Below the pieces are notes generated by a model. That model was given only the letters and a program-made list of their open reading frames with translations, did no database searches and had not been told where the DNA came from. DNA of 63,993 bases, counting the filler, from Craspedostauros australis (Eukaryota): NCBI GenBank assembly GCA_030167865.1. It is 19 parts of 19 records of this genome, joined end to end, with 100 filler letters (N's around TTAATTAATTAA, not from the genome) between each part and the next. Parts side by side here need not be neighbours in the genome. Positions count along the whole stretch, not along the records: positions 10,793 to 17,441 come from JALAGF010004981.1; positions 17,542 to 19,384 come from JALAGF010004982.1; positions 19,485 to 27,712 come from JALAGF010004983.1; 16 more parts are not named here. One strand, 5' to 3'. The translations under genes and the position numbers were made by a program. Of the stretch, positions 13,701 through 27,215 are shown one piece after another. Numbering within the stretch: position 1 is the first letter of the stretch; each line of letters begins with the position of its first letter.

Positions 13701-15636
13701 CAAGATTCTACATTCTACCGTGCTTCCAAAGCTTCACAAGGGGGTCAAAGAGGTCGTATTCCAAAGTGACAATGCCAGTTGTTTTGCGAGTCCGGCACTG
13801 ATGAGGTACATGCATGGACTAAACCAGGGACAGGTTGAAGTTGAATACATGATGCCGGAGAAGAAGAAGAAGCGGAAGACAACAGCCAAGAACAAGGGCA
13901 AGCACAAGGACAAGGCTAAGTATCCACCTCCCCCCAAAATCNNNNNNNNNNNNNNNNNNNNNNNNNNNNNNNNNNNNNNNNNNNNNNNNNNTCGCATCAT
14001 TGCCATGCTTGATCACAAGCAACGCATCCTCCCAACGGAGAATCAGGAAGCTCAGAAAGCGTTCTTCGGAAAAAAATGGAATGTCTCTCCTAGGTGTCAT
14101 GACAATCCAATACAAGAACGGTAAGTTCGAGTACCAATTCATTGACATGGTGATGAAGGGGCGGAACAAGCAGGATCATGTCCAAGTTGCTGGTGCCATC
14201 AAGATTCTACATTCTACTGTGCTTCCAAAGCTTCACAAGGGGGTCAAAGAGGTCGTATTCCAAAGTGATAATGCCAGTTGTTTNGCGAGTCCGGCACTGA
14301 TGAGGTACATGCATGGACTAAACCAGGGAGAGGTTGAAGTTGAATACACAATGCCAGAGAAGAAGAAGAAGCGGAAGACAACAGCCAAGAACAAGGGCAA
14401 GCACAAGGACAAGGCTAAGTATCCACCTCCCCCCAAAATCAACACAGAACAGTCATCTTATCATGACGCGAAGGCTGCATCATCCACGAAGGCAAAAGCA
14501 CAGCAAGACACCGGAACCCGCCCTCCCAAACCACGACTCCAAATCATCCAATGGCTGTACACTGAGGCACAAGCTGGNNNNNNNNNNNNNNNNNNNNNNN
14601 NNNNNNNNNNNNNNNNNNNNNNNNNNNNNNNNNNNNNNNNNNNNNNNNNNNNNNNNNNNNTGTTTTCAAAGTGCTGAAAGCTGCCAACATCAAGGGGACA
14701 ACAACGCTTCTGTTGGATCTGAGCAGATTGGGACATGCCATCATGTGTGGTGTGGACGGAAAGGAAAAAGCATTCGCGACCAACCGAGTTTCCGTTCGCG
14801 CCACCCATCAAATTGATCTGATTGATGACAAAATCCAGGTCACAGCATCATCGGGCTTGACGCATCCAGAGACTATCACGCAGGGCAAGATCGACAAGTT
14901 CGACATTCTCCATCTCGATGTCACTTGCAATGATGAGGACATCACCGAGGTCTCACCAGCATTCGTGATGGATCCACAGAATATCCGCGGCTCACAACCG
15001 ACTGAGCGACGACACGCAACAGCAACAAACAAGAGCACCACCAAGACGGAAGTGCTCAAACGCGTCCTCACTTCGCGTGTTCTGGAACCAGCAGCGGCAG
15101 CAGCAGAAACGGCAAATTGTGAAGGAAATGCCAAAGTGGACTTCCCTCGATCCATCAGGCAGGGATGGGCGATCTGCCACCCAGACAAAGCCACCTCACG
15201 AAAGAAGGATCCATCAGCACCTCCGACAACCAAGGTACCGTCCATGTCGAAACAAGTGGCGCAGATTGTGTGCGATGCTGCGATTGCTTGCAGGAACCCA
15301 GACACGAGGAGGAGCGCCCATGTGCTTCACGAAGAGCTGATGGCCGGGCCTTTCATGCTTGATTGGGAGCAGAGGATCAAGGTGGACATAACGTACCTGA
15401 AATGCTTCCTGGCAGCTCCTGACGGTCGAGCGGAGAGATACCTTGAGAACAATGGCTACTTGGACGACGAGGAGTGCGAAGAGTGCCTGAACGAGATGCA
15501 TGAACTGCGGATCATGGCATCCAAGGAGAACACTCAAAGCGAAGAAGCGCACGAAGAGCAGGTTCTGGATGATCGCCCATACGATGGGCAGGACGNTGAT
15601 GTGATTGATGGCAACCTGCTACCTTCCGATGATTGA
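10793..15636 (+). mobile_element. Sola3-like DDD transposase gene (gapped, frameshifted)
   Basis: Ordered motifs DHKQRILP-ENQEAQKAFFGK.GMSLLG, VFQSDNASCF and WLYTEAQAG resemble the Sola3 signature (D..K.LP...E.Q..FGK.G.S / SDNA / E.Q.GK..D). N-terminal Cys cluster CQQCLTLFCSHC..FCPNC. The third Asp would fall in gap 14578-14660. Confidence 0.6.
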
Positions 15637-17541
15637 TCCTGACGACCGCCGCGAGTATGCCAACATTATTATATTGCATTCTATTCTACGATACTATACT
15701 CCGTGTCACATTGATACTATCAACTTGCAGCATGGCGATATCAACTGCAGTAACTGTGTGTCCACAGGGATTACGAGAGGAAGCTGTTGTTGGTATGTAT
15801 AGAGTGGCTCTGATGTTATCGGTTGCTATGATCTTGACATGCACAATGGAACCACCATCGCCGTGCATCTACTCAATTCGCACATGTGCTTGCTATGTAT
15901 GGTATGATACACGATTAGAACACTGCGTGCATAAATCCAAATCCAGTCCATTACTCGTCAGCTGACTTCTCGGCATTCTTCGACAACGTCATGAACATGA
16001 AATCGTACGCCAGCGCAGTCATGAAGGCGTCCTGCTTCGGCGTTGCATGAAGATCGTTCCCGCCCTCCACATTCTCATCGTATTATGACAGCCATCGTTT
16101 TCCCTGAACCAGGCTCCACAGCTTCTTCACCATCTTGCATGCATGCGCTGGGTTATCCGATCATCGTTCGTGCGGCAGTGAATAGGATTGGTAGAAAATT
16201 TGGATCCTATTTGATGTTGTGGTNNNNNNNNNNNNNNNNNNNNNNNNNNNNNNNNNNNNNNNNNNNNNNNNNNGTCCTGCTTCGGCGTTGCATGCAGATC
16301 GTTCCCGCCCTCCACATTCTCATCGTATTATGACAGCCATCGTTTTCCCTGAACCAGTCTCCACAGCTTCTTCACCATCTTGCGTGCATGCGCTGGGTTA
16401 TCCGATCATCGTTCGTGCGGCAGTGAATAGGATTGGTAGAAATTTGGATCCTATTTGATGTTGTGGTACGGCGAGATCTACTTCATGAACACCTCCAATC
16501 GGACGCGTCCGGATCCAAATTCGTCGCGCATATCGGTGCATCGTCCGAATGCAGATCTTTGACCGCTTGATGACATGGGTNNNNNNNNNNNNNNNNNNNN
16601 NNNNNNNNNNNNNNNNNNNNNNNNNNNNNNNNGCACCACCAATCCTCCGCCGGATCTGCCGTGGATGACCAATGTTTTGGCTTTTCATACTTCGACGAAA
16701 TCAAATCCTCAGCAGCTGCGATGAAGTCTTCGTGTGGTTTGGTACGCTTTTCACGCACCGCGGCCTCCAGCAAGACGACATTGCAGCAATTCAGACACAT
16801 GGTTGGAGTGGAGTCCATTATTCGGGATGAGAGTGTGTGCTTATAGTACCACAGAATGGGTGCAGTGAGTATCATACCATGCCATACCAATGAGACAATG
16901 ATTNNNNNNNNNNNNNNNNNNNNNNNNNNNNNNNNNNNNNNNNNNNNNNNNNNCATACCAATGAGACAATGATTCGATTGTGAGTATGATGTGAATTGAA
17001 GTGGGAATACGAATGGAATAGAATCAAGGAATCAATGACATGTTCCCACAGGCTCTGAAAGTCGTCCTCCTTCAATGCGCCTGTTTTGTGCACACTTTCC
17101 ATTCCTGATTTTTGGGTCTGCTCTGCGCCGCGCACATGCCAGGTGCAAATGCGCAAGTGTACAACACGACCATACACAGCAGCAGCAACATCAACAACAC
17201 TTGTCACTCACCTGATGCCAGCCTGGACCGAATGCTCCGCCACCGCACATGTTGGTTTCCGCGCAGACGCTGCCACATTCCAACCATGCCAGACCTGTCG
17301 CAGGTTGTAATGCGGACCGACACGACCTCAAAGGCACCATAGGCGTAGAGCAAGGTAGGTCCGCTTGTTCGTGGGGACGCCTCTTCGACATGATGATGTG
17401 CAGAGCATCAGTGCCGTCCTTGCTTTCTGCGATGCGTTGCANNNNNNNNNNNNNNNNNNNNNNNNNNNNNNNNNNNNNNNNNNNNTTAATTAATTAANNN
17501 NNNNNNNNNNNNNNNNNNNNNNNNNNNNNNNNNNNNNNNNN

Positions 17542-18186
17542 ATGGTGGGGTAGCTTGAGAGAGATCGTCGTCAACGAATCCTGGGTCGAGCTCCAAGCTG
17601 TCTGAAGATACAGCAGAACCAAGACAATCAGAATGAACAGAAGGAAGGTAACTTTCGTTGTCGTCCGAAGAAGAACCGCGAGCAAGATCAGCAGCAGGAG
17701 GGTGATTGGCATCGGTGTTGTTAACAGCGCCTTGTGCTGGTCGNNNNNNNNNNNNNNNNNNNNNNNNNNNNNNNNNNNNNNNNNNNNNNNNNNNNNNNNN
17801 AGACCGCACCTCTTGCGAAAATCAGATCCAAATCCTGTGCACAGCGAAGCAAATCAGAGCTGTGTGAGAAGAGATTTGGTTCACAAACATGTCAGGACAG
17901 TCGGCGATCACAATAATAGTCACAACAGGCAACATCACAAAACGGACGCACCTTTTCCACTCTCAAGGAACTTCAGCAGACGGGCCCAACAATTGAGAAA
18001 ATTCTTCTTCGTGTTCTTCTGGCTGTAGAGACTGTGCCACTCGACGTGCGACTCCCAGAAGTTCGAGAAGCCTTCCTTGGTTGGTTGGAAGCGAGGAGGA
18101 TTAGAGATGAAGCCTTTGATGATGTATGCGGCGTGATCTCCTGCGGGTGGCCACCTTTGAGCTCGAGCAACTTGGATTTGTGCCAT
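17542..18186 (-). CDS. Hypothetical protein in the unclassified repeat, probably spliced (MAQIQVARAQRW..NFLNCWARLLKFLESGK, then an acidic Ser-rich exon)
   Basis: The reading frame is kept in both copies, with a probable GT donor after ESGK. No family recognised. Confidence 0.4.
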
Positions 18187-19384
18187 CTTGGAGGTAAGCT
18201 GAATTGTGGGCTTGTGATGGACACCCCTGTTACAGCAGATACTGCGAGTGCAACGCTGCAAACAACTCGACCAATGCTGGGAGATGGTATCGTCAACCGA
18301 TCAGCCAGCTGTCTATTCAAATCAAGCACGCAGGTAGGAGCAACGCAGCCAGACTACGGCAAGCATTCAGGCTGTCACATTCGTCATTGCCTGTTTCAAT
18401 CAGCAGCATTGCACAGATGAGGAGGATCGTGGTGCGTACATGAGGGCATGAGGTCCCATCATCCTGTTTGGTTTGGAATGCAACTTCCTCGTGGGTCGAA
18501 TTTGCTTTTTGTGGGAGCTCAGTTGGATTTGGTGAGCATACTCAGCTTCATGTGCTTTGGACGGCTCNNNNNNNNNNNNNNNNNNNNNNNNNNNNNNNNN
18601 CCCTCCGACAAGAAATTCTTAGGAACCGACGGTATTCGTTTTTGGGGGGACAAGTACCTGGTTTTCGCCGACAAGTCTCATGTGTACTTTCCTACGCAAC
18701 AGTCAGTAGTAGCTCACGTAGAAATCAAAAGATAGAATTTGTGGTTCGCCATTTCTACTCCGACAATTCTAAAGTTCTAGTCCGACGGTTACTAAACCGT
18801 TAATTTTCTTGCCTATTTAGTATCTGTCGGATGGAAATCGTGTACTTGTCGGATGCGAATTGCGTACTTGTCGGACGCCTATTTGGCTCCTCGATTTGAA
18901 ATGGTGTGGAGTGGAGTACTCAACGCTACTTGTCATTGGCTTGTGTCGAAGTTGGTCCCACCGAANNNNNNNNNNNNNNNNNNNNNNNNNNNNNNNNNNN
19001 NNNNNNNNNNNNNNNNNNNNNNNNNNNNNNNNNNNNNNNNNNNNNNNNNNNNNNNNNNNNNNNNNNNNNNNNNNNNNNNNNNNNNNNNNNNNNNNNNNNN
19101 NNNNNNNNNNNNNNNNNNNNNNNNNNNNNNNNNNNNNNNNNNNNNNNNNNNNNNNNNNNNNNNNNNNNNCACCATCCAACCCTTCCGGAGGTGGTCTCTT
19201 GGTGGAGAACATCATCAACTGGGGTACTCCAGTCACCACAGAACCATGCTCTTTGGTTTTCGCATCGCCATCATCGCACAGCCAACATCAATCAAAAACC
19301 ACGAACACAACGTGATGCTCTGCTTCCAACGATTCAAATGCAGAGGGATGCGAATGGCTCCATGCCAGTGGCTGCATCTACTGG
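17542..19384. repeat. Unclassified interspersed repeat, copy 1 (copy 2 at 57521-59717)
   Basis: Colinear, highly similar sequence in two separate scaffolds. Confidence 0.9.
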
Positions 19385-19484
19385 NNNNNNNNNNNNNNNN
19401 NNNNNNNNNNNNNNNNNNNNNNNNNNNNTTAATTAATTAANNNNNNNNNNNNNNNNNNNNNNNNNNNNNNNNNNNNNNNNNNNN

Positions 19485-19892
19485 ATCCTTTGGCGATCCA
19501 AGGCACAGAAGGCCGTCACACTCAGCTCATCCGAAGCAGAATACGTTGCCCTTTCCAAAGCGGCAAAGAAAATCTTCTTCGTTGTACAGCTACTCGAAAG
19601 TGTGGGCGTCCCAGTGAAAACACCGATCAAGGTCCGCGTGGACAACATTGGAGCGATCTTCATCGCCAAGAACCCATCAACATCCCAATGATCGCGGCAC
19701 ATCGACGTGCGCCATCACTACGTGAGGAACATGNNNNNNNNNNNNNNNNNNNNNNNNNNNNNNNNNNNNNNNNNNNNNNNNNNCGTCAAATCCGAGCAGA
19801 ACACAAGCGACGGATTCACCAAGAACATCAAGGCCGACTTGCAACGTGAACATGAGAAGTCGTACCTCGATACATCGAGAGCATTCGAATGA
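19485..19892 (+). pseudogene. Copia RNase H C-terminal fragment (element A)
   Basis: WRSKAQKAVTLSSSEAEYVAL, VDNIGAIF, HIDVRHHYV and KSEQNTSDGFTK motifs. Premature TGA at 19689. Confidence 0.92.
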
Positions 19893-19912
19893 CCGAATGC
19901 ACACAGGAAGGG

Positions 19913-20649
19913 TGTCGAGATGTACATGTGAGTATATGTCGAGATGTACATGTATGTGTGCATCGTTCACCCGTTATTCTCTCATACGCACTTGGACGGT
20001 ATAACTACATTCGTGTCAATAGTATACTGTGATTCGTCAGNNNNNNNNNNNNNNNNNNNNNNNNNNNNNNNNNNNNNNNNNNNNNNNNNNNNNNNNNNNN
20101 NNNNNNNNNNNNNNNNNNNNNNNNNNNNNNNNNNNNNNNNNNNNNNNNNNNTGCTGCATCACCAATGGAACGTGACATCTGGAGAGCAGAAGGACGCCTA
20201 CTGACGTTGACAGGATGTCATCGTGTCACCACGTCCACATCTGTCTCCAAGTCAGAGCAGGAGACGAAGATCTGATGACCAAAGTTCATCAAGATCATGG
20301 ATACTGAAGGTGAACTTCAAATGGCGAGTACTCATGGAGTAGGAACCAGTACTGAACAAATGGAGTGTCAAATGCGGAGTACGCATCGAGCACAGAGTGT
20401 CGTGTAGCATGAGTACACGATATTGAGAGAGAGAGAGAATACAGAGAGGAGCGAGAGAGCATCTCGCGCACCGACTCATAGTCGGAGACTGAATCTACGA
20501 AACAGATTGAAGCGCCGAGAGCATTGGGCAAGACAACTGGTGTACACCAAGAGGATCGGAGTAACCAAGTAATGAAATAGCAAACAGACGACTATCAACC
20601 ACCACCATCTTCCACGATCGTAGGTTACCGTGAGCGGAACTTGCCAACA
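19913..20649 (+). repeat. 3' LTR of Copia element A (TG...CA), preceded by PPT AGGAAGGG
   Basis: Starts TGTCGAGA directly after the purine tract and ends CTTGCCAACA. Homologous to LTR 33463-34283. Confidence 0.9.
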
Positions 20650-23173
20650 CAGTGATTTGGTTGATGGTCTGTACATGTTGTAGACCCCTGATGCGTGTTG
20701 GTGTCCATATCTGATGAACACCATCTCTTCTCCTCTATTCTTGAGTTTGGCGGTGATCCCGCCGTAGGTAGTCTTCACAACACCCACCTCTCCGAAAGTG
20801 CGGAGTGCATTCGCATATGGTGGATCGTTGCCGAAGAATTGGCGATGTGGTGACTCCTTCTGGTTCTTCGCTACAGTGATGTTGGCAATGGCAGTGGCAG
20901 TGCTTGCAGCTGCTGCCCACAGGCCATGCCTATACTCTTCATCGAGTTGTGCTCCGTTGAGCATGGAGCGGATCTTGGTGTAGAGGTACGCAAACTTGCG
21001 TTCTACTCTGCCGTTCTGTTGCGGCGTGTTCGATGCCGTGAATTTGAATTTCACGTTCAGTCCTGCATCGATGAGAATATCCTGCGTGGATTTGTTCTCT
21101 CCGCTGTTGTCTCCTCGGAAGATGATTTGTTGATCACCAGTCTGTGATTTGATCGTTTGGACGAATCGTTTGATGTATCCTGGTTGGTCACTCTTGTTCT
21201 TGAGAAAGAAACTCCAGCAGTGATCCGTGCAGTCGTCCACGATCAGAGTCCAGTAGCGTTTATCTCCGAAGCTTATGTGTTTAGTGTATCTAATGTCAAT
21301 GAAGAGCCATTCGCCGCGACGAGTTGCTCTCGGGATCGTTGCCTTTGAGATGTTCTTCACTCTTGCGTTCGCGACCGCGCAGTCACGACATACTGGCATC
21401 TCGCCGATGATCTTCCATCCGTATTGGGCGGCTGTTCGCTTCATGGTTTCGAGTGGCGCGTGGCCGAGCATTCGATGCAGGTTCACCGCGCTGATCTCCT
21501 TGGATGGATTCTTGATGATGGCTGTGCAAGCCTTGTCGTCATCCGTTGGCATGATGGAATACATCTGCACTCCTGTGATGAATCCGTTCGATGTGGGGAA
21601 GACTCGATCGAATACGATCTTCGTTCCGGATCCATTGATGATGTCCATCAGAATGCCGTTGTTACCAAGCTGGTAACCGTTGTACAGAGCCTTGTTCGTT
21701 GAGAAAGGTTCACCGCCATTTTCGGTGTGTACTTCACATCATCGAGCCAGATGATGTGCCCAGTGTTGTCTTGTTGCTTGACCTTCAAGCGAATGGATCC
21801 CATTTTGGGAGAGTCCAGCTTTCTGCTGTCTCCCACTTGGACGAAGGACTTGATGTGCCGCACGTTGAAGAGAGCGGCGTCCGAGTTGACGATGCGACAC
21901 GAAGCTCCGCTGTCGGCGAGCCAGGTGTCCTTGTTGACCTTGTCCTTGTACTTGGTGCTCAGCTCGTGGAGCTGCTCCACGGCTGCCGCAGCTATCTCGT
22001 CGTCGAAGCCTCCATCGTCTTCGTCTTCGTGGACTCCATCTTCATTATATGGATTGTGATCTTCATCCATGTCGTCATCGCTTGGTAGTTCTGCGAAGTC
22101 CGCTGGCACTGTGCTGTTATAATGGACTCCGGTGACTGTGTCGCATGGTGTGACACGTGATCGCTCGCGCAGGAGCATCTGCATACATCCTCCGAGCACG
22201 TAGTGTAGGTCCAGTTCGGAGAGTTCATTTTCTCCTGCTGCCTGCAGTAGTCGGTTGAGGATGGCTGCGTTGGCGAGAATCTCTTCAATCGATTTGAAGT
22301 TCTTGGACAGGATGGTGCTTACCATGTTCACCCATATGTATCACAATGGTTCGTTCACGAACCCTGGGAACATCGGCATTGCGGCTGTTAGCACCGCGTC
22401 GTAGATGAGTTGCTTCTGCATTCGTTTTGCAGTGACCGTTGGTTCTGGGAAGGTCTGGAGTCGGTAGATGTCGTCGACTCTTCTGGGGTTTGGTTCCGGT
22501 GGGAATTGGATTCGGATTGGGTAGACGACGTGTTCATAAGGATTGAACGTATTGCTTGGATGGTCTTCAGCTTCGTCGCTGTCCTCTTCATCGAAGATGC
22601 CCCGTTCTCTCGGTCCGCACTGCTGGAGGAGGCGGCGCTTCGCCGCGGTTCGCCTCGTCTCCGGTGGCGTCGTTGTCGTCTTCGTCTGCGTCGTCTTCGT
22701 CTGCGTCGTCTTCGTCTGCGTCGTCGTCGTCGTCTGCGCTCATGGCCTCCTCGACGTCGATGTCGATGGCCTCGTTGCCCATCTCAGCTCCGTCGCCGTA
22801 TGGATCCATCAGGTCGTTTGCGTTGAAGCAGCATTCGTAGCTCACTTTGCGTCTTGGATCCACCTCGTGGATGATTGGCTCCTCGCTGAGCCACTCCGGG
22901 ACGATCTCATCGTCCTGCACTTCGTCGTCACTCCCAACGTGATCGAAGTTATCGAAGAAGGAGTCTTCGATGTAGTTGTCGGACACCAACATACAGAGCG
23001 GGATGTCTTTCGCCGAGAGTACCATCTCGTACCCGCTCTTGTCGTGTCCTTCCGTTGCTGTGTTGGCCTGTTCGTTGGCCTTCTTCTTCTCGATGAATTT
23101 CTTCTTTCGGCACTCCGCCTCGCGATGTCTGAAGATGCCACAGTAGTTGCACTTGCCCTTGAAGCCGCTTCCC

Positions 23174-23227
<54 letters not shown>

Positions 23228-24167
23228 TCTTGTTGTTCGATTTCTTGCGTTCTGGGCAATCGGCGGATCTGTGACCATACACACCACAGTTGTGGCATGT
23301 CCCCTTGAAGTTACCAGTGCTCGTGAAGCCGGTGTTGTTGTTCTTCGTGTTGCTGTCTTGGAAGTCGTCGATGTACGCCTTGCCTCCTTGATGAGTGGTG
23401 TGTGCTTCACGGAGTACTCCTCTGATTGTGTTGATGGTGACCACTTTTGGATTGAACGTGAGTTGATGGTTGAAGCTCACGACGTGTGTCCTGTATTCCA
23501 CGCTTACCGTACTGAGGATTTGCATGATCATTTCCTCATCCGTGATCGTGTATCCGACATCGTGGAGACGTGAGCGTAGTATCTCAAGTTGCATGATGTA
23601 GATGTCGAGGTCTGTGTCTCTCTTCATCTTTTCGTTGTTGAATTGGTGCTTGAGTTTGATCTTCGTCACCGCGTCGGATGGGCGGAACTTCTCCGCGAGA
23701 ACGTTCCATGCAGCGTGTGGATTCCCCTCAGGGTAATCGTCGGAGATGCACTGATTGATGTATTGGATGGCCTGCTTGCCCTTTCCCTTCTCTGCATCCA
23801 TCATGAGGATCAGATCGCTGAAGCAGTCGCCTGCCAGCTCGTGGGTTTCCTCTAGTGCTTCCCTGTCTGCTTCGGTAGCTGCTGCAATCTCGCTCACTGT
23901 TGGGATCTTTGTCTTGCCCAACATCACGTCTCTCGTTTTCTGTGTACGAGCGTACGCCTTCGCTTGGGACTCCCATGCACTATAATCCTCTTGTTCACCG
24001 CTGAACATTGGCGCCTTGATGCGTCGCTTGCTCGTGTTGGCTGATGTCGCCATCTTGTCTTGTTGTTTCGTTGTCGGTGCGCTCGTGCCCTTGATTTCCG
24101 TCTGTTTCTGTGTTTTCGATTCTTCGATTTTCGCTTGTTGTTTCGCGGAGAGTGATTTGCTCACAAA
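20650..24167 (-). mobile_element. Copia element B: gag (two CCHC knuckles), extra domain, protease, integrase; frameshifted and cut at both ends by LTR insertions
   Basis: CHNCGVYGHRSADC, CNYCGIFRHREAEC, WLADSGAS, LHRMLGH and QQNGRVERK motifs. Same family as 34366-40080. Confidence 0.93.
23174..23226 (-). repeat. (AAC)n microsatellite encoding poly-Asn between the Gag zinc knuckles
   Basis: (gtt)n run on the + strand. The equivalent run in element F is at about 35599-35652. Confidence 0.95.
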
Positions 24168-24986
24168 TGTTGGAAATCCGGGGTGGTGTGATAGTAGAAA
24201 GCTAATCGTTTGTTAGAATCTACTTCTCTGAAATGTGAGCTCTTCATTGCTCTCAATCTCAAAGTTCGATCTCCTCCAGGGATCACCATGGGTCCCTCTG
24301 TTGGTCTAGCAGGCATTCATCTTGCATTCATTGCAAATTCATAATGGACATGCGTGCACCACCGAGTACCCCATGTTCGTGCACAAAAGCACGTTGTCCT
24401 CCACTGATAGTTTCGATGCCTTAGACATCGCCGAGTCGTAGGCATCACACAGGTCGGTCCATTCAACCAGATCACGGTCTCCCATTCGTCATGGGAACTC
24501 CTTGGTTGGGAGCTCATTCAGCTCCTCGACCATCACACATCTCCGATCATCTCCGATGTTTCGCCTGTCGTTTCTCTGCTTACTTCGCCGATCACTTCAC
24601 CGGCTTCCTGGATGTTCCTCATCTCAGGTTCGTTCACAGGCCATCTCACACTTCGTGACATCGGCCTTCCTCCAGTACTCTTTTCTCATTGGTTGCGACA
24701 TGGGGGCCGTAGTCGCTCGTATCGTGATGTTGGTCACGATTCCAACATCCCTGCCCCCTGCAACATTCACGTGTGATTGGCGTTCCTGCATTGAGGTCAC
24801 GAACGCCAAGGTACGGTTCGCATTCGGCACGTGTCGTTCTCCATCGCAAAACACGTGCGGCTCACATTTTTCCTGTCACAAAGATCCAAAGGTGGGAGTT
24901 GCGGTAATGTATCATATCATGACATTCGACTCCTTACTCTTGGGAGGTGCGGCAATATGGTGTTTCAGAACACCCGATTCCTGACA
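24168..24986 (-). repeat. 3' LTR of Copia element C, inserted into gag of element B
   Basis: On the minus strand, PPT GGAAGGG is followed by TGTCAGG...TTTCCAACA. Homology of B to 34660 stops exactly at 24168. Confidence 0.85.
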
Positions 24987-25024
24987 CCCTTCCATTGCCG
25001 CTCCAACCATATCATCCACCATGT

Positions 25025-27215
25025 TCAGTCCAATGCCGATCTGGGCTGAATGATGCTCCCCTTGTGCCGATCATAGATCTCCTTCTTTGTGTTCTTCGTG
25101 AAACCGTCGGAGATGTTATCCTCTGACTTCACGAATCGAGCTCTCGCCTCCTTATTAGCAATCAACTCTGATGAAGTGGTTGCGTATATCGATGTGTCTC
25201 GTTCTCGCTGATGTCGATGGATTGGTGGCAATGAAGATCGCCCCCACGTTGTCAACCATCACATCTGCAGGCTTCTCCACCTTCAACCCGATGTCCTCCA
25301 TCAGTTGAGTCAAAAAACGGATCTCCTTTCCAGCTTCTGACAGTGCCACATACTCGGCCTCGGTCGAGCTCAGTGTCATGCTGCGTTGTGCCTTCGATCT
25401 CCAGATGATAGGCACGCCTTGCAGTAGGACCAGATGTCCTCCAACGCTGATGCGGTTGTCCTTGTCTCCAGCGAACTCACTGTCAGTGTACACCACGATC
25501 TTCCATGCGTTGTTGTTCAACGGCTTGGGCTCCATCCTCAATCCTTATTCTCTCGTGTCCGACACGAACTTCATCACTCTCAGCATCTCCTTGTATGCTG
25601 TGGCCGTTGGTCCATCCAACACCTTCGTGAGTTCTTGGACTGCATTCGCGATGTCTGGTCTTGAATGCTTCACCAGGAATAACAGCATGCCCACTCCACT
25701 GCGGTATCTGCTGTGTCGATCCTTGTCGACCTTGGGCGCTTCGCTGTTCCTCTGAATCCCTTGGCCTGGTGTGCCTGGGGTTCCGTATCGTTGAAGCTTC
25801 GTCACGTCGCTCTTGAATGTATCCGTGATGTTCTTGATGATGTGTGGCTGGTTCACCCAGCAGTTGGTTTCGCTCTCGTTGAATTTGATCCGACAACTCA
25901 AGTAGTCTTCGAGTCCATCCTCGATCTTGATTCCGAATCGTTCGCGTTTGATGTCCTTCACCAGTCGCTTCAGCTCGAGGGTGCTTCCGATTCACAGGCA
26001 ATCATCGACGTACGTCCCGATTAGGACGAGGTTCCCTTCCCAATTCCGAAGTAGCAGGCATGGATCCACCTTGCTCTGCCGGAAGCCAAGCTTGATTAGG
26101 ATATCCACAAGCTTCTTATTTCACTGCCTTGCGCTCTGAACCAACCCATAGATGGTCTTCTTCAGCAGCAGGCATTCGTCCGGTTCATGCTCCATTCCCT
26201 TGGGGCATTGCATGTAGATCTCTTCCTCGAGATCTCCGTGCAGGAAGGCTGTTTCGAAGTCGATGATGATGCTGTCTGTCTTCAACAACATCTTCATAGT
26301 CAGCATCACTCGGTACGTTGCATCGTGGATCACTGGCGCATGATGAGCGGAAAAATCCACTCCAGCAATCTGTGAGTATCCACAGGCAACCAACCTGGCT
26401 TGGAAGACTCCATTCCTCTTCTCCTTGAAGACCCATTTCGTCTTCACACATTGCCGATCCCTTGCCATCTTGTTCTTCTTGATCTTCTGCCAGACTCCTC
26501 GTCTCGTCATATCGTAGAACTCCTTATTGATGGCCTCCCGCCACTTCCTTCGCTTTGCTGGATCTGCATGATTCCAGTATTCCTCGAAGGTGGTAGGGTC
26601 CAGCATCATAGCCGTGTATGCATGCTTGGACGTCTCGTTCCAATCCCCTCTCTCGACTCGTTGGCTTGCTGCAATGAATTCATCCAGCCTCATTCTCCCT
26701 TCTGTGGTGTCGATCATTAGACTCACCACATCTCGATTGAACATGGATATGTTCGAATGGAAGTCTCGTTCGCCCGTAGGTGCAGGGATCGTCTCAGCTG
26801 CCTCAGCTGATTCATCATCTCCACTGCTTGATTCTGAGTCAGATTCATATCCTGGCGGATTATTGTGCGGGACCAGACCCCGTAGCATCCTTGACATCTT
26901 TGCCACAGGTCTCGCTGGGGGTTGCTCGATCTCCATGCCTTCAGCGGCTTGTCTTCGAGTAACTCGTGTGTTGTCCCTTCCGGATTCATCGTCGTCTTCA
27001 TCGTCTGATGGTTCGTCCTCTTGGGTAGGTAGCAGTTCATCTTGCTTCGTTGCATAGTCTGTGGTATCTTTGTAGTCTGTTCCGGACTCTCTGCTTTGAT
27101 CAGCTGGTACGGCCTTCGCCTTCCTTGCGATACTCGTATCACGCTCCCAAGTCACCTTTGTATTGCGGAGTGTTGCTCCGGCATCGAAGTCGTCGTCTCC
27201 CAGATCCACCCATTG
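25025..27215 (-). pseudogene. Copia element C reverse transcriptase and RNase H (with stops and frameshifts)
   Basis: KWVFKEK..ARLVACGYSQ, DFETAFLHG, YGLVQSAR, YVDD, SRPDIA, YTDSEFAGD and LSSTEAEY motifs. Confidence 0.95.

Noticed and set aside
13568..14082. Programmed frameshift at the FGK A-run of the Sola-like gene
   Set aside because: The two overlapping versions have 5 and 7 A where 6 keeps the frame, which is more consistent with homopolymer error or decay.
16335..16385. Walker A-like ETGSGKT on the minus strand
   Set aside because: Flanked by stops, reads EPGSGKT in the duplicate, and no other helicase motifs are present.
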